The notes beneath the pieces were generated by a model that did not search any database, had not been told where the DNA came from, and saw only the letters and a program-made list of their open reading frames with translations. Below, one piece after another: positions 1 to 6,617 of a stretch of 64,000 nt of DNA (position 1 is its first letter; the number at the start of each line of letters is the position of its first letter). The DNA comes from Candidatus Saccharimonadales bacterium (GTDB taxonomy: Bacteria > Patescibacteriota > Saccharimonadia > Saccharimonadales > UBA10212). The stretch spans positions 83,118-147,117 of the forward strand of contig DASTXL010000002.1 in assembly GCA_035758565.1 (NCBI GenBank), given 5' to 3'. The position numbers and the translations under genes were made by a program.

Positions 1-950
1 AGCATTGCGGTTTGAAGCTGACCGGCTAATTGCGCGATTTGAGAGTAACTGGCTCCGTCGGTAAAAATCGACAGCACATATTGCCCGCCAGGATAACGCA
101 CAATGCCCGCGTCGTGGCGTACATAGCCTAGGTCGCCAGTTTTGTCGGCTACCTTACACTGACTGCCGCAACCGGTCGGAATGCCACTCCTAAGAACCTG
201 CTGCTGCAAAATATTAATAATAAAACTCCTGGTGGCGCCATCAAACCACTTGCCGTTATACAAACCCTGAAGATAATAGCTAATGTCGGCCGCAGAGGTA
301 GTTGGACCCTGAGGGTTATTTAAATCTGTGTTTTGTAGACCGATTGAATTTAACTGCACGTCGGCATCTTCCCAGCCCACATAATCGCCAACAGCAGCGC
401 CGCAAGGATTGTCCGATACCTTGAGCATAGCGCTCACGCAGTCGCTCAATGTTCGGCTTTGGCCGTTGACCTGAACATCAGTCGACGACCATTGGCTCAT
501 GGGTGTTTTCTGGATTAACGGGTACATCAAAAGCAATTTGAACATGCTAGCCGAACGATAACTATGCGTTGAACTGTAGCTAGCAGTACGCTCATCATCG
601 CCCAGACCCTGAACTTGCACCGACCACTTGTGGCCCGGATGCGAATCAACGAATTGATTAATGATGTTTTGCAGCTTGTTGTCTTGGTCGTTAACAGAGA
701 CTACCGGCGAGGTATCGATTTTCGATTGAATAGCCGGTGTTTTGACCTGCGCGCTTGCGGCCAAACCCGCTTTAGATCCGTGAGCATCGGTTCTCACCTG
801 CAAGTGGGCAAAAAATACTGCGGCGGCCATAGGAATACTAACGGCCATTAAATATAAGATGACCGGTATGGAGCGCCGACGGACTATACCCCGCCGTAAG
901 CTATAACTATAAGATGGACTACTCCACCTAGCCGGGGCTAATTTTTTCAC
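1..950 (-). CDS. Class A beta-lactamase-fold serine hydrolase, truncated by the left window edge
   Basis: Absent from the ORF track because it runs off the edge. My manual minus-strand translation gives RSASMFKLLL (S-x-x-K), KVSDNPCG (S-D-N) and VADKTGDLG (K-T-G) in canonical order, after one hydrophobic N-terminal helix (VILYLMAVSIPMAAAVFFA). The start is uncertain: GTG at 950 or ATG at 848. Confidence 0.7.
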   Translation of the reverse strand, partial: MKKLAPARWSSPSYSYSLRRGIVRRRSIPVILYLMAVSIPMAAAVFFAHLQVRTDAHGSKAGLAASAQVKTPAIQSKIDTSPVVSVNDQDNKLQNIINQFVDSHPGHKWSVQVQGLGDDERTASYSSTHSYRSASMFKLLLMYPLIQKTPMSQWSSTDVQVNGQSRTLSDCVSAMLKVSDNPCGAAVGDYVGWEDADVQLNSIGLQNTDLNNPQGPTTSAADISYYLQGLYNGKWFDGATRSFIINILQQQVLRSGIPTGCGSQCKVADKTGDLGYVRHDAGIVRYPGGQYVLSIFTDGASYSQIAQLAGQLQTAM

Positions 951-1073
951 TTTGTTTTGTTTTAAATTGTTTTTGTCTCTAAAGGTACGTCTAGTTTTAA
1001 GATAGACTAGCGCAAAATAAAAATCAATACTCTTATGGTTAAATTGGCGGTTATTAAACAACTAGGTGGTGGA

Positions 1074-1101
1074 GGTGGCGCCCCGGTTGTGGGGCGCCAC
1101 C
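1074..1101 (-). terminator. GC-rich perfect hairpin 3' of the Rpf-like gene
   Basis: GGTGGCGCCCC (1074-1084), loop GGTTGT, GGGGCGCCACC (1091-1101). The 11-bp perfect stem lies 2 nt beyond the TAG stop (1104-1106). There is no U-tract. Confidence 0.55.
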
Positions 1102-1103
1102 GT

Positions 1104-1925
1104 CTACACCGATCGAGACGAAATTGGCGCTGTCGAGTAGCCGCAGGCACGAGCCGTGTTGGGCCAAGGGTCAAACCCTCTGCCCGAGTAGTAGGCTCGC
1201 GAAGCGGCGATCATCTGCGCCCAGGCCGGCCAGTTGTTGGCCGTACCCCATCGCGCCATGAAGTCAGCTCCGTAACGGTTCTGGAACGGCAGATCCATCT
1301 GCAGACCGCCGTAGTAACCGTTGCCGGTGTTTGCGTTCCATGCTCCTTCGAAGCCGTGGATGCAAACGAAGCCGTGATACAGCCAATCGTGCTTGATCTT
1401 CGGTTGTGGCAGGAGCGGCTTGATCTGCTTGTCCAGCTTGACCAGTCGCTCCGTGCTTACTCGCACCGCACCGCGGGCAACTGCGCAGAGCCCTTCCGGG
1501 CCCTCGAGCAGATGCTTGCGACGCAGATCCCAGCAGGTGTAGCGCTGGTAGTGCCGGTACAGCGTCCAGCGACGCTGAGGGTTGTTCCAGTAGTGGACAG
1601 TGCCCACTCGACGACGCACCTCAGCGCACATGCGCCGAGCCTTGCTGAGCTTAGCGGAGCTAAGAACCCGCAGGCTCTTGTCCCTATGGCTAGAGGCAGC
1701 CTTGACCTGGCTGCAATGGTGGACCGCCGCCGCGGCCACGGAACTCTGGGCATCCGCTTGCTCCACCGAGGTGAAGGCAGCGAGCGCTGCCGCGGCAATA
1801 GCCGCAGCCAAGATCAGAATGAACCGACGAACCACGTCGTCTCCCTTCGGTCGATTTTTCAGGTTCTCGAGGCTATGAAAAACTAGCCCACGCTTTGTTC
1901 TGGTTACTAGTTTGTAAGCCATCAT
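1104..1925 (-). CDS. Secreted Rpf-like / transglycosylase-like domain protein (peptidoglycan hydrolase)
   Basis: The C-terminal domain CIHGFEGAWNANTGNGYYGGLQMDLPFQNRYG...WPAWAQMIAASRAYYSGRGFDPWP matches the resuscitation-promoting-factor type transglycosylase-like signature with its Glu. A signal-peptide-like stretch is present (RRFILILAAAIAAAALAAFTSVEQADAQ). A more likely start is GTG at 1835, preceded by AAGGGAG (1841-1847 on +). The ATG at 1925 lies in the low-GC flank. Confidence 0.8.
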   Translation of the reverse strand: MMAYKLVTRTKRGLVFHSLENLKNRPKGDDVVRRFILILAAAIAAAALAAFTSVEQADAQSSVAAAAVHHCSQVKAASSHRDKSLRVLSSAKLSKARRMCAEVRRRVGTVHYWNNPQRRWTLYRHYQRYTCWDLRRKHLLEGPEGLCAVARGAVRVSTERLVKLDKQIKPLLPQPKIKHDWLYHGFVCIHGFEGAWNANTGNGYYGGLQMDLPFQNRYGADFMARWGTANNWPAWAQMIAASRAYYSGRGFDPWPNTARACGYSTAPISSRSV

Positions 1926-2121
1926 TGTCGCTAGAGAATTTAGAAATGTCTTTTAGCAAAACAACTCTAAATTCCCTAACGGCTAGGCTTAAGATGCGAA
2001 CTTATCAAGTTTGCGCGGGAGGTTTACCCGCTCCATGATAAATATTATTCGTCGCATCGGTCTAACAACCGCCACTGTTAGGGTATCGTTTTATATCTGT
2101 TATTTCAAGACTTGAATATTT

Positions 2122-2847
2122 TTATTTGAATGTTTTTAGTAAATAAAATCGCTCTAAGTTGCCTTTAGCACCTGCAACTTCGCTGTCGGCTTTATCGACA
2201 GTTGCAAAATACTTTCGGCTCCAACTCTCAAAATCTTTTAGAATTTGCCGCCGGATTTTATCGTTTTTAATTACACCTTTATTTACTTGGTTAGCGCCGG
2301 CTTCGAACTGCGGCTTTACCATGGCCACAATTTGAGTATTTTTGTTAGCCAGCTTGGCAACTGCTGGCAAAATGTCACGCAAAGAAATAAAACTCACGTC
2401 TATTACCGCAATATCCACCGGGCTGCTCAGCGATTTAAGGTCACGAATATCAGTTTTTTCGTGTAGCTCTATTCGTTCGTCACTTCTTAAACTCGGGTGT
2501 AGTTGGTCGGTGCCAACGTCTACGGCGATAACTTTTTTTGCCCCGTGTTTGAGCGCATAATCCGTGAATCCGCCGGTGCTGCTACCCACATCCAGAACAA
2601 CTTTGTCTTTAAAATCTATATTTAATTTTTGAGCCACGCTAGCCAGCTTCAAACCTGCCCGGCTGACATATTGTTCCTCTGCGATCAGTTTTATTCTGTC
2701 TTTTTGGCCAACTAAAAGCCCGGCTTTATCTTGGATTTGATCGTTAACTTTTACCTTGCCGAGCTTAATGTAGCTTTCAGCCTGCGAACGGCTAGTAACT
2801 AAACCGCGAGCTACTAATTCTTTGTCTAATCTACTGCGCGAGTTCAT
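2122..2847 (-). CDS. tlyA: TlyA-family rRNA 2'-O-methyltransferase (hemolysin A-like)
   Basis: S4-like N-terminus (RLDKELVARGLVTSRSQAESYIKLGKVKVN) followed by an FtsJ-type SAM motif (VLDVGSSTGGFTD). Confidence 0.9.
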   Translation of the reverse strand: MNSRSRLDKELVARGLVTSRSQAESYIKLGKVKVNDQIQDKAGLLVGQKDRIKLIAEEQYVSRAGLKLASVAQKLNIDFKDKVVLDVGSSTGGFTDYALKHGAKKVIAVDVGTDQLHPSLRSDERIELHEKTDIRDLKSLSSPVDIAVIDVSFISLRDILPAVAKLANKNTQIVAMVKPQFEAGANQVNKGVIKNDKIRRQILKDFESWSRKYFATVDKADSEVAGAKGNLERFYLLKTFK

Positions 2848-3337
2848 AATTTTTCTTTACCCTCTTAATCATGCGGCCTGATCTTTTTAACCTCACCTGG
2901 CTTATTAACGAAAATTCTACTACCTTAATAGATTGCCCTTCCCATATTTGCCGCTCATTTTTCTGAAGATTATTACGTAAGGTAACGTGCGGTCGATACT
3001 TTTCGCCCAAAAAATCTTTTTGATGAATTGGGAAACCGTTGTTTTCTAAGCTTTCAAAGATATCCAGATGTAGTTTTTTAAGTTGCTCCAGGTAATCATT
3101 GACGGTTATGACTTGGAGCCTGTCTTCTCTGCCCCAGTCTTCGGTTTTGCCGGCCGTTACTTCAAAACTTTTGTGGCGAACCGCAACGGCCTGAAGGATC
3201 TTATCAAGACGATCTTCATCGTCGCACGGGAACCAGGGTACGATTGTTATGTGCTGCGGCCAAACTTCGAATTCTACATTAAATCTGGCAGGTTCTAACA
3301 AAATAACCACAAGATGCTCGTTGCGCTTAGGCATCAC
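2831..3337 (-). CDS. 2H phosphoesterase superfamily protein (LigT / 2'-5' RNA ligase-like)
   Basis: Two H-x-T-x motifs: WPQHITIVPWF and RPHVTLRNN. Confidence 0.6.
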   Translation of the reverse strand: MMPKRNEHLVVILLEPARFNVEFEVWPQHITIVPWFPCDDEDRLDKILQAVAVRHKSFEVTAGKTEDWGREDRLQVITVNDYLEQLKKLHLDIFESLENNGFPIHQKDFLGEKYRPHVTLRNNLQKNERQIWEGQSIKVVEFSLISQVRLKRSGRMIKRVKKNYELAQ

Positions 3338-3809
3338 CCATCCTCAAATACGTGACTATCTTTTTGCCCTTGGATAAGCCTCGAACAGCAATATTGTCAA
3401 AGATAGCAATCTCATTTATTACCATCTCTGGATGCTCGTCAAACGGGTCCCGATCCTCAAGCTTTCGATAGTGTGGAGTATACTGACTGCCCAGCCACAG
3501 CGGGTGAGAAAATTCTACACCATTTTCCACTAGCCTTTTGAATAATTCTTCGTGGAGCTTGATCAAGGCCGGTGATTTAACACTCACCGCCTTTTTTTCA
3601 TGACCTTGACCCCCTACAGTCATCGGGCCGTCTCGAACTATGCTAAAAGGCTCGGTTTCTTTTACTACTTCATCAATAACGCACATCCTGCCACGAGCAT
3701 CAAACCACGGCAAAATTGTTATGTGTGGAGGCACCTTGTCGAAAGTCTCGCCACTGAAGTAGCGCTCAAACGTCACGGCAACCAGAGTATGCTCGAGTGG
3801 CGCCGACAT
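3327..3809 (-). CDS. 2H phosphoesterase-like paralogue with a degenerate second motif
   Basis: The first motif PPHITILPWF is conserved. The second position reads TPHYRKLE, with no H-x-T/S. It overlaps the neighbouring paralogue by 11 nt. Confidence 0.5.
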   Translation of the reverse strand: MSAPLEHTLVAVTFERYFSGETFDKVPPHITILPWFDARGRMCVIDEVVKETEPFSIVRDGPMTVGGQGHEKKAVSVKSPALIKLHEELFKRLVENGVEFSHPLWLGSQYTPHYRKLEDRDPFDEHPEMVINEIAIFDNIAVRGLSKGKKIVTYLRMGDA

Positions 3810-3819
3810 TTTAAGTTTC

Positions 3820-4383
3820 CTATTTTACCCTCTCGCGGTATTCGCCGGTTTCAGTATTTACGCTGATTAAGTCGCCGGTTTTAATAAATGCCGGCACTTT
3901 GATCGTTATGCCGGTTTCCAGCGTGGCGTCTTTGGTAATGGCGCTCGAGGTATCGCCCTTCACCGCGTTTTCGGTGTAGGTAACTTTTAAGGGCAAATTC
4001 TTTGGTAGTTCAATATTGATTACCCGCCCCTCGAATAATTGAGCGGTGACTTGGTCGCCTTCACGCATAAAGCCAGCTTTATCTTCCATGTCGCTGGCTG
4101 GTACTTCGAATTGCTCAAAACTGTCATTATCCATAAAGAAAAAAATGGCACCGTCATTATATAGGTATTGAACCGGTCGGTTCTCTACTTCGGCGCTATC
4201 AACAGTGTCGTTGCCGTGAAAGGTTTTAGACAGAACCTTGCCGTCGATCAGGCTTTTGATCTTAACATTAACCGTTGAGCCGCCTCGGCCCATAACTTTT
4301 TGACTATATTCAGTCACGCGATAGGGTATTCCATCTAGCTGGAAAACCGTGCCCTTACGCAAATTTGTTATAGATAATGTCAT
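3820..4383 (-). CDS. efp: Translation elongation factor P
   Basis: Full-length EF-P pattern: LRKGTVFQLDGIPYRVTEYSQKVMGRGGSTVNVKIKSL, three OB/KOW-like domains, about 187 aa. Confidence 0.95.
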   Translation of the reverse strand: MTLSITNLRKGTVFQLDGIPYRVTEYSQKVMGRGGSTVNVKIKSLIDGKVLSKTFHGNDTVDSAEVENRPVQYLYNDGAIFFFMDNDSFEQFEVPASDMEDKAGFMREGDQVTAQLFEGRVINIELPKNLPLKVTYTENAVKGDTSSAITKDATLETGITIKVPAFIKTGDLISVNTETGEYRERVK

Positions 4384-4388
4384 GATTT

Positions 4389-4799
4389 CTACTCCAATTT
4401 ATCAATTATTTGTTCAATGTTTGCCGACAAATGCGCCACGTCGATCGCTTCAAAAATATTGTGTTCACTGGCGGTCAAAATACATTTCTTAGCTTTGTTA
4501 AGCCAAGATTTTGCTCGCTTGGCGTTATCGAGCTGATCTTCCCTGGTTTCGCTAAGCTCATAGGCATTAGAGTAAATCCGAGCATCTACTAAATCTTGCT
4601 GCAGGTCCGAAAGAAGTTCGCGGTTCTTAGAACTTAACTCCCCAAAATTAACCTTACGCAAAATCTGCCGCACGTCGCTATCCAAGCGCTTGACCAAAAC
4701 CGATAGCGATTGACTACTCTCCATATACTCCCATGGTAAATTCATTCGTGAATGAAGTACAAGGAAAAAGCGAGCATTGGAATGAGCCGTATTTAACAT
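4389..4799 (-). CDS. Hypothetical protein
   Basis: An ORF fills the gap between efp and rpsR. The helical, charged sequence has no motif I recognise. An internal ATG at 4724 (MESSQSL) preceded by GGGAG may be the true start. Confidence 0.45.
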   Translation of the reverse strand: MLNTAHSNARFFLVLHSRMNLPWEYMESSQSLSVLVKRLDSDVRQILRKVNFGELSSKNRELLSDLQQDLVDARIYSNAYELSETREDQLDNAKRAKSWLNKAKKCILTASEHNIFEAIDVAHLSANIEQIIDKLE

Positions 4800-4855
4800 A
4801 CGGTGAGTGAAACGCGCAGGTTTTGACGCCGTAATTCGCCACGAATAATTTAGCT

Positions 4856-5059
4856 TTAGTTGGTTGCGACGAATGGTAGCAACGCGATATGCCGAGCGCG
4901 CTTTATTGCACGAGCTAATTGGCGTTGTTTAGACTCAGTCAGACCAGTCTTTTTGCGCTGTTCTATCTGGCCGTACTGGTTGATGTAGCGCTGCAAGGTT
5001 TTAAAATCCTTGTAGTCAAAAAATGCTACGTCAGTTCGGTGTTTAAAAATCTTTGCCAT
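4856..5059 (-). CDS. rpsR: 30S ribosomal protein bS18
   Basis: FFDYKDFKTLQRYINQYGQIEQRKKTGLTESKQRQLARAIKRARHIALLPF. Confidence 0.95.
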   Translation of the reverse strand: MAKIFKHRTDVAFFDYKDFKTLQRYINQYGQIEQRKKTGLTESKQRQLARAIKRARHIALLPFVATN

Positions 5060-5065
5060 TAAAAA

Positions 5066-5338
5066 TTATTCTCCGTTAACTATTGAGGCTATTTTAATAT
5101 CAAATTCTGTAGGTAAATCTACTTCAGTAAGTCCGTTTTCTAGTGCACTCTCAACGCCACTAGCCGCCAGGACAAGAGTTTCTCTGCTAAAAGGCATGAG
5201 TGTTCTTATTCTCGCTATATGTACGCCCGAACTCGACTCGAGCTCTGCCAGTCCTCTGAGCACCTGACCATATCTCTTGATAGGCCTACGAGATAAAGGC
5301 ACGCTTTTAGCTTCGGCGGGCGTTAATATTCCTTCCAT
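5066..5338 (-). CDS. Hypothetical 90-aa protein inserted between ssb and rpsR
   Basis: It exactly fills the ssb-rpsR gap and has a strong SD (AAGGAG) 4 nt upstream of the ATG. No family recognised. Confidence 0.55.
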   Translation of the reverse strand: MEGILTPAEAKSVPLSRRPIKRYGQVLRGLAELESSSGVHIARIRTLMPFSRETLVLAASGVESALENGLTEVDLPTEFDIKIASIVNGE

Positions 5339-5346
5339 AAATCTCC

Positions 5347-5820
5347 TTAAAATGGGATGTCGTCGAGGTTGATCGGCTCATCGCCAATATCCTCGATAAC
5401 TACTTCCTCGTCATCCTTAGCTTTGCTGCTTGATTTGCTGGAACTTGCAGGCGCGCTTGAGCCACCACCGTCGCTGCCGCCAGGACCACCCAAGAATGTA
5501 ACGTCCTGGGCTACAACTTCAACTTTGCTACGTTTTTGACCATCTTGCTCCCAGCTACGGCTTTGCAAACGGCCATTAACTAACGCCGGGCGGCCCTTGG
5601 TCAGATACTGGGCAACGCGTTCGCCCAAAGGCCCCCAAGCCACGATGTCGATATAATCGGTCGCTTCGGTCCAGCCGCCATCGCTATTTTTATAGCTGCG
5701 GTTCAGCGCCAGACTAAAACTGCAAACGTTATTGCCATTTGGCGTAGTACGCAGTTCTGGATCGCGCGTTAGGTTGCCCATTAGAATTACTTGATTAAAA
5801 CTTCTTGCCATGGTTCGCAT
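5347..5820 (-). CDS. ssb: Single-stranded DNA-binding protein
   Basis: OB-fold N-terminus (NQVILMGNLTRDPELRTTPNG), Gly/Ser-rich linker, acidic tail ending DDIPF. Confidence 0.95.
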   Translation of the reverse strand: MRTMARSFNQVILMGNLTRDPELRTTPNGNNVCSFSLALNRSYKNSDGGWTEATDYIDIVAWGPLGERVAQYLTKGRPALVNGRLQSRSWEQDGQKRSKVEVVAQDVTFLGGPGGSDGGGSSAPASSSKSSSKAKDDEEVVIEDIGDEPINLDDIPF

Positions 5821-5955
5821 GTTTATGCTTCCAAATTACGGCGTCAAGCCTTCCGTTGCTCCTGCGAAGTAGAGTTCCTACGTCTTAGTCCGCTACTCGG
5901 GCTTTCCTTGTACTTTGTCGCCTAAACATCCTCCTTTTCTTTACTTATCCCTATT

Positions 5956-6339
5956 CTACTCTTCTTCGTTATCGTTATCGTCGTCATCGTTAGAACCGCG
6001 CTCAGCTGCCTTCTTAGCCTTATCGGCTTTGGCGGCTTCGGCTTTGGCGATAGCTTTCAGATCTGGCTTGGTGATCAAAAAGCGAATGATCTCGTCGGTA
6101 ATGTTGAAAACTTGTTCAACACGGGCGACGTTCTCGGCCGGCATCTCAACCGTATAAAAAACGTATACGGCGAAGTCTTGTTTTTTAATTGGGTAGGCTA
6201 ACTTACGTTTGCCCCAATTGTCGGTTTTTTCGATCTTACCGCCATTGTCGGTGATGATTTTTTTGATGCGGGTCTCGGCCTTTTCTAGATCAATTTCTAG
6301 ATCAGGATGATAAAGCACAGCAATTTCGTATGTGTTAAT
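5956..6339 (-). CDS. rpsF: 30S ribosomal protein bS6, probably initiating at ATT
   Basis: S6 fold with an acidic C-terminal tail. The ORF-track start (GTG 6318, MLYHPD) would delete the conserved N-terminal x-x-Y-E-I strand. In-frame upstream codons read ATT AAC ACA TAC GAA ATT GCT GTG, with AAGGAAGGAG ending 6 nt before the ATT at 6339. Confidence 0.85.
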   Translation of the reverse strand: MNTYEIAVLYHPDLEIDLEKAETRIKKIITDNGGKIEKTDNWGKRKLAYPIKKQDFAVYVFYTVEMPAENVARVEQVFNITDEIIRFLITKPDLKAIAKAEAAKADKAKKAAERGSNDDDDNDNEEE

Positions 6340-6375
6340 AACGAACTCCTTCCTTTGGCTCCAAGCTTTCAGTTC

Positions 6376-6506
6376 GCATCAGCCTGTCTGCTAGCAAAGC
6401 CAGCAGCTCCGCTGATGCTTTTGGCGAATTGCGTTGTCGCTTATGCTCAGTCGTTCGCTCAACGTATTTCTATACGCTTCGCTCACTCCTCGCTAGCTCC
6501 TAGCAT
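6376..6506 (-). repeat. Structured repeat element of about 130 nt, copy L, in the rpsF 5' leader
   Basis: Nested hairpin (GCATCAGC 6376-6383 / GCTGATGC 6411-6418 enclosing CTGCT/AGCAG), then TTTTGGCGAATTGC, hairpin CGTAT/ATACG (6462-6476), ACGCTTCG, TCCTAGCA. It is colinear, with near-identical spacing, with 21704-21832 inside fpg. Confidence 0.55.
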
Positions 6507-6585
6507 TTCATCCAAAACTAAAACCTTGGCTTCGGCTGAGCACCTAATTAAGTTGTCCCAACCTGAATTAGTTTTTAGTAGGCAA

Positions 6586-6614
6586 ATTGTAGCACTTTAC
6601 CCCTTATAAATCAA
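6586..6614 (-). promoter_or_regulatory. Sigma-70-type promoter of the rpsF operon
   Basis: The minus strand reads TTGATT-N17-TACAAT (TTGATT = 6614-6609, TACAAT = 6591-6586). This implies a 5' leader of about 240 nt. Confidence 0.6.
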
Positions 6615-6617
6615 CTG

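Noticed and set aside
1074-1101. Integron attC sites as an explanation for the GC hairpins of the three islets (also 8439-8466 and 54044-54068)
   Set aside because: The stems are perfect and short (11-12 bp) without the extrahelical bases and R''/R' core sites (RYYYAAC/GTTRRRY) of attC. No intI gene or cassette array is present, and the islets are dispersed. Plain terminators inherited with the foreign genes are the simpler reading.
1035-1886. 283-aa plus-strand ORF, and the nested ORFs 1457-1798 (-) and 1600-1878 (+), inside islet 1
   Set aside because: They are antisense or out of frame to the Rpf-like gene, which has a clear conserved domain. Their translations are Arg/Pro/Ala-rich, as expected for spurious frames in high-GC DNA.
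6307-6609. 100-aa plus-strand ORF opposite the rpsF leader
   Set aside because: It lies entirely within the promoter/leader and repeat element of the minus-strand rpsF operon. It has no SD and its sequence is low-complexity Ala/Leu/Ser.
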